In this document: one piece after another, positions 39,132 to 47,716 of the stretch
Numbering within the stretch: position 1 is the stretch's first letter
Layout: the number at the start of each line of letters is the position of its first letter
Source: an uncultured Candidatus Poseidoniales archaeon
Lineage (GTDB): Archaea; Thermoplasmatota; Poseidoniia; Poseidoniales; Thalassarchaeaceae
NCBI GenBank assembly: GCA_902593945.1
Contig: CACJKA010000004.1
Span: forward strand, 13,434 to 77,433
DNA length: 64,000 nucleotides
Direction of reading: 5' to 3'
Notes under the pieces: generated by a model
Seen by the model: only the letters and a program-made list of their open reading frames with translations
What the model was told of the DNA's origin: nothing
The model's database searches: none
Position numbers and translations under genes: made by a program

Positions 39132-39908
39132 ATGAGGGATTTTGAATTAGAAAAAATTCTCCAATCAACAATTGATAACGGGAACTCAGTTTGGGTTATT
39201 GGCGATATACACGGATACAATGAGACATTTGATGCATTAATTAAGAAATTAAGTATAACTGACCAAGATATTATTTTATGTTTAGGGGATTTAATTGACA
39301 AAGGCCCAGGAAGTTTAGAAGTTTTGAAAAAAGTTAGTGGCTCTAGTCAAATATTCTCTATTCGAGGAAATCATGAAGAAATGATGAGATTATCAGTTTC
39401 GCCTAAACACGGAAGAATGATGAAAAGTTGGCTTAAGTACGGAGGCCTAATTACTCTTGAATCATTTTCTAAAGATGAAACTAATCAAATCGAAGAAGCA
39501 AGAAAATGGTTATCATTTATTGAGAATCTACCTACTGAAATCGTTCTAGACAAATATAGAATAGTGCATGCCGGATATGATGATTCGGAACCTCTGGACG
39601 ATCAAAACAATCAACAAAAAATGTGGGGTCGTACAATTTTCCAGATAGAAAAATCTCTCGATAATAATAGACAAATTATTGTTGGGCACACACCTGTTCA
39701 GACTTTAAATCGTTTAGGTAAACAAGATATTTGGAAAAGCGAAATTAAATTGGTTGACAATCGTCCTTCTGTATTAGGTATTGATACAGGGGTGTTTCTT
39801 GAAGAAAAATCATGCCCAAGATTGACAGCATTGAATTTGACCGATGGTAAAATAATATCTCAAGAAAGGCTAGAGAATTACTTTTTTGATTCTCTAGCAA
39901 TTAATTAA
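39132..39908 (+). CDS. metallophosphoesterase (PPP-type Ser/Thr phosphatase / ApaH-like)
   Basis: VWVIGDIHGYNETF, CLGDLIDKGPGS, IRGNHEEMM, VHAG and VGHTP. Confidence 0.8.
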   Translation: MRDFELEKILQSTIDNGNSVWVIGDIHGYNETFDALIKKLSITDQDIILCLGDLIDKGPGSLEVLKKVSGSSQIFSIRGNHEEMMRLSVSPKHGRMMKSWLKYGGLITLESFSKDETNQIEEARKWLSFIENLPTEIVLDKYRIVHAGYDDSEPLDDQNNQQKMWGRTIFQIEKSLDNNRQIIVGHTPVQTLNRLGKQDIWKSEIKLVDNRPSVLGIDTGVFLEEKSCPRLTALNLTDGKIISQERLENYFFDSLAIN

Positions 39909-40020
39909 TATTCATTTCGAAACCACATTTTCGGCAACTACCATGAGTCCCCATTCCAAATTGTTTTACTAACAAACTAATACTTCCACATCCTGGGCAT
40001 TCTTCTTTCCATGAATTCAT
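39901..40020 (-). CDS. 39-aa zinc-ribbon mini-protein (not in ORF track)
   Basis: Hand translation gives MNSWKEECPGCGSISLLVKQFGMGTHGSCRKCGFEMNIN with a CxxC...CxxC ribbon. It overlaps the convergent stop of the phosphoesterase gene by 8 nt. Confidence 0.35.
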   Translation of the reverse strand: MNSWKEECPGCGSISLLVKQFGMGTHGSCRKCGFEMNIN

Positions 40021-40230
40021 GTAAATTAAAATCCTTAACTGTATATAAATTAGAAAATTTATCTATAATTAAAATTTAGAGATCTTAAACTATCGTCTTT
40101 ATCGAGTGCTGGATTAGGTGGGTCTAACAAGGCCCACTACGAACCCTCGAATTGAGATTAGATTATCAAACAGATTCTTATATCCAACCAACATCGTGAA
40201 TGAAGAAATATTTACTGAAATTATGTATGC

Positions 40231-43200
40231 CTAAAGATAGTTAAACTTCAAACAGTCAGTGATGCAAGTATCGGGATTCTCTAAAAAATCCGAGAAATGA
40301 AGCCTCGTCGTTTCGGCACAGTTTTCGAGAGCAATGGAAAAATCTCGCCTAAAATCAACGGGTTTCAGAGAACCTGCTCTTTTGGCCGCAAACTTCCTAC
40401 ATTTGGTATAACGCATATCTAAAGAACCATCTTTCTTATAATATTTGGAAGGTAGTTTCTCAGATTGTACTTCTAACTCATGAGCATTAGTATTATAGCG
40501 TCCCAAAAGGTCAATTAAATGTACATAAAAGATAGCTGCATAAACATCGTGATTTGCGATTTTCTCATGACTCCCAACTAATAACTTTAGGTCCTGAAAG
40601 TGTGTCTCTGTACTAGGAATGCCATATATCTCTGATAACCTCGCCATCCAATAAAATAATCGAATTTTCACAGGAAGAGGACTTTTAAGAGCAATTTTTC
40701 GTGCTTTCTGAATCAAATGTTCGCATTCATCTTTTTCGAGGGTATGGCTTTCGGAATCAGATCTCAATGAATGGTACTTCAAAGCAGCAGGCCACCAAAA
40801 TAGTTCCTCTTCTTCACCTTCTCCTGTGGCAAAATAATATTTTATATCTACAAATAAACGTTGATGTGCTTGCTCATACCACTTAGCATCATGCTGGGCA
40901 CAATCAATTGCGAACTCTCCGCCATAAATACAATGTCTTCTATTATCTCGCCGGTGTTTCCACTCAAACTTGGCCAAAACCTCATTGCTTTTCCATAGAG
41001 ACTCTCTCAATGAAGTATCTTTTAATCCTTGAAGCGCGAAAGAGGAGAAGAAAGTTCCTAAAATTGATAAATTCTTATTTGTCAAAGCACTCTTATCTTG
41101 TAAGATATTTTCCATGTCAGGAGGTGTTAATCTAGGATAATCAAAGATTCCACTTTCAGATAAAAGATTACTATCGGTATTAAAATCAAAGAAATTTTGT
41201 CTATTTGCAAAAATTAATCGCACTAAAGAAAGTTGATAACGTTCTGGACAAGTCTCGGGATTGAGCCAGTCTGGAGAGATTTGTTCGATAATCGGTGATA
41301 TATTCCCTCCTTGTTGTTCCGTTGCCCATCCTAATGTCAAGCACATATTTACACGGTCGCCATCAGTAGGTAATTGTTTCAACAATTCAGGGAGTTTTGG
41401 GACGGCCCAATTAGTAACCTGTTCAGCAATAATTCTTCCAGTATGTCTACTTTGCTCTTGCTCCATTAATTTGTTAAAACTAACCCAATCAATTGGTGAA
41501 AAGCGTTCACATGCGTGATGAATCATTCCGGAAATAATATGATTCATGTATGCATACACGTCTTTACTATCTAATCCGCACAATCGTTCTAAAAACGAAA
41601 TCGGTTTTTTACTAAGAAGTTCCGCTAACTTCGGGAAATCATTATTCAAGAAACTAAGATGTATTGGCAAAATCTTGATTGAATCATTTATTTTCTTTTC
41701 GATATTTTCTAGAGACTTTGGCAAGGAGTCATTGGTCATGAAACCCATGGCATCTGCGTATGGTAACCAAGGGTGATCCAACTTTCCAACGATTTCATGA
41801 CCTTTAATCCTAAATTTCCCTCGACCTCTTGCGGACACGTGGTCAAAGTAGTCATGCCCAATCATATTGAGGAAGCCCTTAGATGGATTCGCCCCTGTTT
41901 CTAACCATCCCCATTGTTCAGATATGGTACTTATTACACACTCAAAATCGTCATTTTTAATCGTATGTTGGCTAATATACTCAAAAAGGAGAGGTAAAGT
42001 GGCCTTCAAAACGGTTGCTGATGGAGATATATTTCCATCAGACATTTTTTCATCATCATCTAAATACTTGTCCGCCTCGAAAATAAAAGTGATCAACCTT
42101 GGCTCGGGAGCTTCGACTAGATTATTAAGCACTCGAATGTGTTCTCTTCCAAAATACTCCTGGTCCATCGCGTGAAAATCTGAAGCAATCTGTGTTGGAA
42201 ATATTTCCGGAGGAATTAATACCCAAATGTAAGCAAATTTTTTCGCATTTTTATTTCTAATTAGCACATTCGATTTGATTAATTCTTTTCCTACACCCGT
42301 CTCATCTCCAAGAAGTAACCATCGATTTGAGGGATGATGCGGTTTCTTCCAATCGTCCAAAAGATATCCCAATGCGAGGTCGTGAACAAGTCCACGAGCA
42401 GAATGAAACCAACAGAATCCAAAATTTTGATTCCTCAACGTTGCCTTTGGAGGCATGTAAATAGGGAAACTTCTAACATATGCAGCACCTTTCTCAGGTT
42501 TAATCCCTGAAGGAGGCCCCTCATCAACATAAGCCAAACACCAAGACCGAATATATTTGTAGGTAGTTGGCCATTTTGATTCCTTGTCTTTTATGTCAAA
42601 CACAATCTTGAAACCTAATTTTCGGGAGACATTTTCCATTGCTTTGATAAAATCAGGCTCAGAGTGCCATTCATTAACCAATCCAACTAAACTCATTGGG
42701 AGTTTTTGAAGGTCAATATCTCCCTTTTCATCCATAATTGCGCCCCTAACCTGCTCTTCAATTTGTTGCAATTTCTTTTGACAGGAAATGACTAAAGGAA
42801 TTGGTAAATCTTCCCGTAGGGGGAGGGAAGGAATGCCAGTTGAGATGTGATTTGGTAATATGCGTCCACCATCATCGTATGTGTACGAATCAAATCGAAT
42901 ACTATTTCCCACAACAAGAGTTCCATCAATATTCGTGCTATCGCTTTTTTTTATCACAAATTGCGGAAATCCGGGGGAGACTCCCCAGTATACATTTGTG
43001 CGCTCATGCGTGATAACGCCTGCTCGAAAAGATTGTTCTGCGGGCGACTCCTTATCAATTGATTCCGACCATGCTAGAAATATTTCTGCAAGAGAATAAA
43101 ATTTATCCTTCGGAGAATTGAGTGTGATTCGAAACATTTCTGCAAGTTTTGTTAAAGGCCAAGATAAATATCCACCTATCTTACCATTCGGCTTAACCTT

Positions 43201-43956
43201 CAATTTTTCTAATAGCGATGGTGTAAAGTATCTAAATAATAACTTTTTTTTCCCATCTTTGTTCGACCACTTGAATAGAGAAGTGGGATCAATCAAGATT
43301 GATTCGAACCTTTCATGTAGAGCATCTTTTTCTGATTGGGTCATTTCTACATCTTCTTCAGCCTTTACCTTCTTTTTTGGCCCAGAAGTTCTTGTTTGTT
43401 GTTGCTGTGGCTTCTGTTGCTGTGGCTCCTGTTGCTGTTGCTCTTTTGGTACAGGCTTTTGGGTTGCCAGCCATTCATCAAAGGGTTGCTTATTCCCCTC
43501 TTTCAGTTTATCAAATATTTCCGGTGGAATCTGCGTTTTTCGCCCGACTTTTTTGTTCTTCTCATTTATTGCATTCCTGGCAGTCTCAGGGAGACGGTCT
43601 CTTGACCTTCTCCTTGCCTTTCTCTTCATCACACCTCCGGCGGCTTTCAGATCCTCAACGGATAGGCTGGATTCCTCGATGGGAGTCGGTGGGGGCGTTT
43701 TTTCCTCCACTTCGATTATTATCCAGTATTGTTCGTCCCGACGATTGCTCATCCCAAACTCCCTCCAGCGAATTTGAAAGTTGATTTGCGTCGTTTTAAT
43801 AGCCTCGAGCCATTTACTCCTGACTTTTTTCCCAAATGAAAAAACTTTTGTATCAATCTCAATATTATCATGATCGAATGTTAACCTATTGTTTTCTAAA
43901 TCCAATTCAATTAAATCGGGGGAGATATTCTCAAAACTCCACTTTATTGCCGCCAC
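40231..43956 (-). CDS. 1241-aa orphan protein (GTG start) with a basic/Q-rich disordered linker and no recognisable catalytic domain
   Basis: Uninterrupted 3.7-kb ORF, the longest in the window. Residues ~90-210 are low complexity (KRKARRRSRDR; QQQQEPQQQKPQQQQ; KKKVKAEED). A DUF3800-like RWLLLGDETG element lies mid-protein, but the resemblance is weak. The plus-strand ORFs at 43118-43784 are antisense shadows. Confidence 0.7.
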   Translation of the reverse strand: MAAIKWSFENISPDLIELDLENNRLTFDHDNIEIDTKVFSFGKKVRSKWLEAIKTTQINFQIRWREFGMSNRRDEQYWIIIEVEEKTPPPTPIEESSLSVEDLKAAGGVMKRKARRRSRDRLPETARNAINEKNKKVGRKTQIPPEIFDKLKEGNKQPFDEWLATQKPVPKEQQQQEPQQQKPQQQQTRTSGPKKKVKAEEDVEMTQSEKDALHERFESILIDPTSLFKWSNKDGKKKLLFRYFTPSLLEKLKVKPNGKIGGYLSWPLTKLAEMFRITLNSPKDKFYSLAEIFLAWSESIDKESPAEQSFRAGVITHERTNVYWGVSPGFPQFVIKKSDSTNIDGTLVVGNSIRFDSYTYDDGGRILPNHISTGIPSLPLREDLPIPLVISCQKKLQQIEEQVRGAIMDEKGDIDLQKLPMSLVGLVNEWHSEPDFIKAMENVSRKLGFKIVFDIKDKESKWPTTYKYIRSWCLAYVDEGPPSGIKPEKGAAYVRSFPIYMPPKATLRNQNFGFCWFHSARGLVHDLALGYLLDDWKKPHHPSNRWLLLGDETGVGKELIKSNVLIRNKNAKKFAYIWVLIPPEIFPTQIASDFHAMDQEYFGREHIRVLNNLVEAPEPRLITFIFEADKYLDDDEKMSDGNISPSATVLKATLPLLFEYISQHTIKNDDFECVISTISEQWGWLETGANPSKGFLNMIGHDYFDHVSARGRGKFRIKGHEIVGKLDHPWLPYADAMGFMTNDSLPKSLENIEKKINDSIKILPIHLSFLNNDFPKLAELLSKKPISFLERLCGLDSKDVYAYMNHIISGMIHHACERFSPIDWVSFNKLMEQEQSRHTGRIIAEQVTNWAVPKLPELLKQLPTDGDRVNMCLTLGWATEQQGGNISPIIEQISPDWLNPETCPERYQLSLVRLIFANRQNFFDFNTDSNLLSESGIFDYPRLTPPDMENILQDKSALTNKNLSILGTFFSSFALQGLKDTSLRESLWKSNEVLAKFEWKHRRDNRRHCIYGGEFAIDCAQHDAKWYEQAHQRLFVDIKYYFATGEGEEEELFWWPAALKYHSLRSDSESHTLEKDECEHLIQKARKIALKSPLPVKIRLFYWMARLSEIYGIPSTETHFQDLKLLVGSHEKIANHDVYAAIFYVHLIDLLGRYNTNAHELEVQSEKLPSKYYKKDGSLDMRYTKCRKFAAKRAGSLKPVDFRRDFSIALENCAETTRLHFSDFLENPDTCITDCLKFNYL

Positions 43957-44224
43957 GAGAGTTGCTATTTCCAGTTACTTATCAAATACTCTACTAATTC
44001 ACTATGATTTTCAAGATGAACGCATCAAATGGTTGCAGGACTTTGATATTCAAAAGAGGTTTGATCGACTTGATTGCAACTTATGCGCAACTAGTTATGG
44101 CCTTTGATGAGACGAACAAATAGCAGATTTGAGAAAGCGAAAACGTCTGAATAACTAAGATCAAATTCATAATTGTACAAATGCCAGGGCATCCATTGTT
44201 GGTATCGAGTTAATCAATTCTTAC

Positions 44225-44253
44225 TTTATATACAGATAGTATATTGATTAGTC
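44225..44253 (+). promoter_or_regulatory. island promoter copy 1: TATA box TTTATATA 21 nt upstream of the ATG (leaderless)
   Basis: ctTTTATATAcagatagtatattgattagtcATG. TATA at 44225-44232 and ATG at 44254. Confidence 0.55.
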
Positions 44254-44832
44254 ATGCCAGAAAAAATTAGGATGAATAACCCACGAAGAAACCTTTTGCA
44301 ATTATTACGTAAGAGTGTACCAGCCGGTACTTATCACGTAGATCGTGATGCTCTACGTAAAGCTAGAGCAAAAGTGCCCAAGGGAGAATACCATGTAGAT
44401 CGTGATGCTCTACGTAAAGCTAGAGCAAAAGTGCCCAAGGGAGAATATCATTCTAAACATGCGAAGGAAATTTTCTTTCTACACGATATAAGGGAAATTA
44501 AGTATGCCAACCGAGAGGGCTATATTTATGCTAATGAAAAATTCATAGATCCCGACGGTAGAGAATATGAATTACACTACTATACGAATTATGATGGAAC
44601 CAATGCTAATGCATATTGTATATCTAATCCTTGGGACAGTGCAAATCGTTCTGCTGGAACAGATTATTTCTCTTCTCATATTGATGACGATGGATTTCTA
44701 TGTCTTGCTGAAAATTCATGTAGGTCAACCAAGGAATCTCCTTATGGTCTAGAATATGCAATTTTGAGAGCAAGGTTTTGGGCAGTTGGATTTTCAAGTT
44801 TTATGGAAACAGGCACTTTCCCAAATGCTTAG
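44254..44832 (+). CDS. E2 (UBC)-like small protein, paralog 1, with N-terminal 19-aa tandem duplication
   Basis: The C-terminal core YELHYYTNYDGTNANAYCISNPW...SSHIDDDGFLCLAEN...ILRARFWAVGFSSFMETGTFPN is shared with 44844..45242 and 49087..49851. H-x3-DGFLCL resembles the UBC HPN...G-x-I-C-L active-site region. Confidence 0.5.
   Translation: MPEKIRMNNPRRNLLQLLRKSVPAGTYHVDRDALRKARAKVPKGEYHVDRDALRKARAKVPKGEYHSKHAKEIFFLHDIREIKYANREGYIYANEKFIDPDGREYELHYYTNYDGTNANAYCISNPWDSANRSAGTDYFSSHIDDDGFLCLAENSCRSTKESPYGLEYAILRARFWAVGFSSFMETGTFPNA
44332..44445 (+). repeat. in-frame tandem duplication, 2 x 57 nt
   Basis: Units 44332-44388 and 44389-44445 differ only at two synonymous positions (tat/tac, cac/cat). 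They encode YHVDRDALRKARAKVPKGE twice. Confidence 0.9.
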
Positions 44833-44843
44833 AGGTGATTATT

Positions 44844-45242
44844 TTGACTGAAAAATCAATTTCTGATAAAATTATGGATTGTATAAACCCTCATGCTCTG
44901 AAAGGCAGAGAAGGAAATAATGCAGTATATATCGAAGATGTATGGGATTGTCAGGAGGACGCCCGAATATACAGGATTGAATATGTGTCTACATTAGATG
45001 GGAGGCATGCTATAGCTTACTGTCGTTCCAATCCCTGGAACCGAACAGAGGTAAATTGTGGGTATTCATTTTCATCAGGGCACGTTCATAGCGATGGATT
45101 CATTTGTATAGGCGGCAATTCAGGCTATAGCAGAAATGCTTCCGAATCTAATTTAGATCTAAATACTGTTGTTGAGAGGGCAAGGTTTTGGTGTCTCGCA
45201 TTTAGTGTACTAAAAGAAACAGGTAATTTTCCACAACCATAG
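44844..45242 (+). CDS. E2 (UBC)-like small protein, paralog 2
   Basis: YRIEYVSTLDGRHAIAYCRSNPW...SSGHVHSDGFICIGGN...VVERARFWCLAFSVLKETGNFPQP. The start is set at the TTG at 44844, 5 nt after the SD-like AGAGGTGA (44831-44838). The track start at 44778 lies inside the previous gene. The ATG at 44874 is an alternative. Confidence 0.5.
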   Translation: MTEKSISDKIMDCINPHALKGREGNNAVYIEDVWDCQEDARIYRIEYVSTLDGRHAIAYCRSNPWNRTEVNCGYSFSSGHVHSDGFICIGGNSGYSRNASESNLDLNTVVERARFWCLAFSVLKETGNFPQP

Positions 45243-45247
45243 GAGAG

Positions 45248-46210
45248 ATGAATATGTCAAAAAATAGCGAAAAAAACAACAAACGAAGAGATATAATAAA
45301 GATTGACCACAATTTGAGTAAATTCAAGAATCGAGTATTCGTCAGAAGATATCCTGCTGGTGATAGATCTGATTTGGAAATGTGTTTCAGCCCCAAAGCG
45401 CTCAAAAGATGCCTCGAAACAGTTGGTTCAAAAAGACCTGAAACTGGGGCAAAAGGTTTCTCTGCAGTAATTTCTGATAATCCGGACGAGAATACAGTAA
45501 GAATTGGCTTCGATATCATAGAATATGATAAGATTGGTTCCCAAAATGCAAGCGGTGTAATGTATAGTCCAAATTTGGAGTGGAGTACTCAAAGGGTCAA
45601 TTACCATATGGGTGCCAAAGATGGTCGTTTTTGGGTAGGGGATATTCATAGTCATCCCGGCTATAGTGGCAAGCCATCGGGCGATTACGGAGATGGTAGA
45701 GGTGATTTGGGATATGTAAGAAAAATCTTTGAAACTTATCCATTCCCATTAGATTTTTTTCTTTTACCTATAATTACTCTTGAAGATGGAAAAATTATAA
45801 TTCATCCTTGGATAATCGACAGGAAAAACCCCACCAAACCTCTACTCGCTAAAGTAAGAGTTTGTGATCCTTCTAACTTCCCTGTAGTGGAACTATCTGA
45901 TACGGTGGCTAATCTAGCCCCAACTATTGACGGAATGTATGATTTATTTAACGACCAATCAGATAGAATAGATGAACTCGAAAAGATGATTGAAGAACTT
46001 CAGAAGTTGGTAAATGATAAACTCTCAAAGCAGCTCGAGTCTAGACTTGCTGAAGAGAGGGATATGAAGAAAGATCTAGCGGAGAAGGCTGAATACGATA
46101 CCCGAACTGAGGCATCTGTTCCCAAAGAAGAGTTTGCTGAACGGGAAGAAAAAGAGTCAAGCGATTCGCGCTCGGACTATCAATGGGCATTTGCAGCTTT
46201 GGAGGTATAA
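45248..46210 (+). CDS. JAB/MPN+ (JAMM) metalloprotease with long acidic coiled-coil tail
   Basis: Upstream Glu in KRPETGAKGF and JAMM core GDIHSHPGYSGKPSGDYGD (HxH-x7-S-x-D). SD-like AGGAGAG precedes the start. The C-terminal 100 aa are E/K-rich coiled coil. Confidence 0.7.
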   Translation: MNMSKNSEKNNKRRDIIKIDHNLSKFKNRVFVRRYPAGDRSDLEMCFSPKALKRCLETVGSKRPETGAKGFSAVISDNPDENTVRIGFDIIEYDKIGSQNASGVMYSPNLEWSTQRVNYHMGAKDGRFWVGDIHSHPGYSGKPSGDYGDGRGDLGYVRKIFETYPFPLDFFLLPIITLEDGKIIIHPWIIDRKNPTKPLLAKVRVCDPSNFPVVELSDTVANLAPTIDGMYDLFNDQSDRIDELEKMIEELQKLVNDKLSKQLESRLAEERDMKKDLAEKAEYDTRTEASVPKEEFAEREEKESSDSRSDYQWAFAALEV

Positions 46211-46212
46211 GA

Positions 46213-47121
46213 ATGACTAGGAAAGATGTACCAGATAGTGAAAAATATGAATGTTACAGATCTCGACTCAATGGGGTAATATCTACTTCGTTTTCGAAAA
46301 AACGCATATTAGTTATTGGAACAGGTGCCGGTTCAATAATGTGTATTAATTTAGCTCGGCAAATGCCTGCAAAATTGACTTTAGTGGATTTTGATGAGGT
46401 AGAATTGCATAACCTCAGCCGAACCGCGTTCGGTTACAGCGATATAGGGAAAAAGAAAGTCAACGCACTTAAAGAAAGGATATTAGATGCAAACCCTTTC
46501 ATTTCTGTAGAATGTGTCGATTATGATGTTACAAGCTTAGATAATAAGAAAATGGATTTTCTATTTGATGTTGATATGATTATTGCAGGCACAGACTCTG
46601 CTAAAGCACAGCGTTTCATTAACGAAAAATCACTTCACTACCAAGTCCCGGCTATTTTTATTGGGATTCATCAACGAGGAAGAGGTGGCAGAATTACATT
46701 TGTAGAGCCAGGACAGGCTTGCTATAGATGTATTAGGCCTGATAGATATGAAGAAGATTTGGAACAAGAACTAGATCTTAATGGAGAGACTGGAAGTCTT
46801 TCGTCGTGTCAATTAATTGATAATTTAGCAATGGATATCCTGATTTCATTTTTGGAAAAGAATGAAAATTCCGAATTTGGAGGTAAATGGGATTTAACAT
46901 ACAAAAACAGTAATGATTTTGAAATTCAATTATCCCATATGTCAGAATTAGAAGCTACTTTTGATGTGATACATGATAGTGCCCAGCACGTAGACCAAAA
47001 TCACCGCCAAGAATTAGATAAATTATTTGCAGGTCCACGTATCATTACTTATCAAGAACCTAAAAAAGAAGACTGTCCGTGCTGTTCTTCTGTTGAAATG
47101 GAAAATCTCTTATTGAGATAA
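46213..47121 (+). CDS. ThiF/MoeB/E1-like adenylyltransferase
   Basis: Rossmann loop ILVIGTGAGSIMC, LVDFDEVELHNLSRTAF (Arg finger), DIGKKKVNALKERILDANP and IAGTDSAKAQRFIN. Two Cys pairs, CYRC and CPCC, form a Zn-site-like pattern. The start is set at the ATG at 46213 after GGAGGT. The track start at 46183 overlaps the JAB gene. Confidence 0.8.
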   Translation: MTRKDVPDSEKYECYRSRLNGVISTSFSKKRILVIGTGAGSIMCINLARQMPAKLTLVDFDEVELHNLSRTAFGYSDIGKKKVNALKERILDANPFISVECVDYDVTSLDNKKMDFLFDVDMIIAGTDSAKAQRFINEKSLHYQVPAIFIGIHQRGRGGRITFVEPGQACYRCIRPDRYEEDLEQELDLNGETGSLSSCQLIDNLAMDILISFLEKNENSEFGGKWDLTYKNSNDFEIQLSHMSELEATFDVIHDSAQHVDQNHRQELDKLFAGPRIITYQEPKKEDCPCCSSVEMENLLLR

Positions 47122-47136
47122 TATCTAATTAATTTC

Positions 47137-47165
47137 TTTATATACAGTTAGTAATATGTATAGGT
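47137..47165 (+). promoter_or_regulatory. island promoter copy 2: TTTATATA 21 nt upstream of an ATG
   Basis: aatttcTTTATATAcagttagtaatatgtataggtATG. 19 of 24 positions between the TATA and the ATG are identical to copy 4. Confidence 0.55.
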
Positions 47166-47231
47166 ATGACTACGCAAATTAATGCTATAATGACTCTAGA
47201 AGAAGTAACTACAATGGAGGAAGAGCAATGA
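47166..47231 (+). CDS. 21-codon leaderless mini-ORF (speculative)
   Basis: The ATG sits at the predicted transcription start of promoter copy 2. It encodes MTTQINAIMTLEEVTTMEEEQ. Its stop overlaps the next start (caATGa at 47228-47231). Confidence 0.25.
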   Translation: MTTQINAIMTLEEVTTMEEEQ

Positions 47232-47671
47232 ATAATAAGAATGAAATCCCACAGGAATTAATGGATGAAAAGCTAGCAGAGATAAGTATAACTACGAGTC
47301 TTCTGAACACACCAGAGACCGATATGAGATTCGGTATCAAGGGTACGTTTAATCTGTTTTCGACTGGTATGAAGGCTAATTATGGAATACCCGATTTAGA
47401 AATGCGCGGTATTCCTGGAATGCTAATAAATTCCGCTGCTCAGACCATTAATGAAATAAATGCCTGCAGATTAATTCCCGATCAACTAATTCTTGTGAAT
47501 CAGAAAATAACTTGGACACACGGTGACATACTAACAGAACAAGGAGACGATTGGGATGGCGGAGTGAAGTGGAAAGCGGAAGATATGATTCGCCTGACCA
47601 GTGCTCAAACCACAATAGACCAGACCACTTGTGAATGCTGTGAATCCAAAAGGGCAGGAATTGATGAATAA
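47228..47671 (+). CDS. hypothetical protein, DUF4262-like
   Basis: FSTGMKANYGIPDLEMRGIPGMLINSAAQTINEIN resembles the DUF4262 pattern (Y.vGl...g.PEl...GlP......ll). C-terminal CECC and an acidic end ...AGIDE. Confidence 0.35.
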   Translation: MNNKNEIPQELMDEKLAEISITTSLLNTPETDMRFGIKGTFNLFSTGMKANYGIPDLEMRGIPGMLINSAAQTINEINACRLIPDQLILVNQKITWTHGDILTEQGDDWDGGVKWKAEDMIRLTSAQTTIDQTTCECCESKRAGIDE

Positions 47672-47687
47672 TCTAGAAAATTATTTC

Positions 47688-47716
47688 TTTATATAGAGTT
47701 GAATGGAAGTATTGTT
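47688..47716 (+). promoter_or_regulatory. island promoter copy 3: TTTATATA 21 nt upstream of the ATG
   Basis: ttatttcTTTATATAgagttgaatggaagtattgttATG. The spacing argues for the ATG at 47717 rather than the TTG at 47699. Confidence 0.55.

Noticed and set aside
43380-43450. Repetitive ctgttgctgtgg DNA that could be taken for a microsatellite or array
   Set aside because: It is the in-frame coding sequence for the QQQQEPQQQKPQQQQ tract of the giant protein. It has no spacer/repeat architecture.
43118-43784. 219-aa and 161-aa plus-strand ORFs with poly-Cys/Leu/Phe runs
   Set aside because: They lie antisense to the Q-rich low-complexity part of the 1241-aa gene. CAG/CAA-rich sense DNA gives long open CTG/TTG frames on the other strand, so this is an artefact of composition.
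44778-44843. Track start of the second E2-like ORF inside the first E2-like gene
   Set aside because: The 22-codon extension overlaps the upstream gene's conserved C-terminus in another frame. A TTG preceded by AGAGGTGA at the proper spacing (44844) gives a protein colinear with its paralogs.
47228-47671. The 147-aa protein as the missing ubiquitin-like modifier
   Set aside because: It is too long, has no C-terminal Gly-Gly (it ends AGIDE), and its central motif looks DUF4262-like rather than beta-grasp. It is kept only as a possible substrate or partner.
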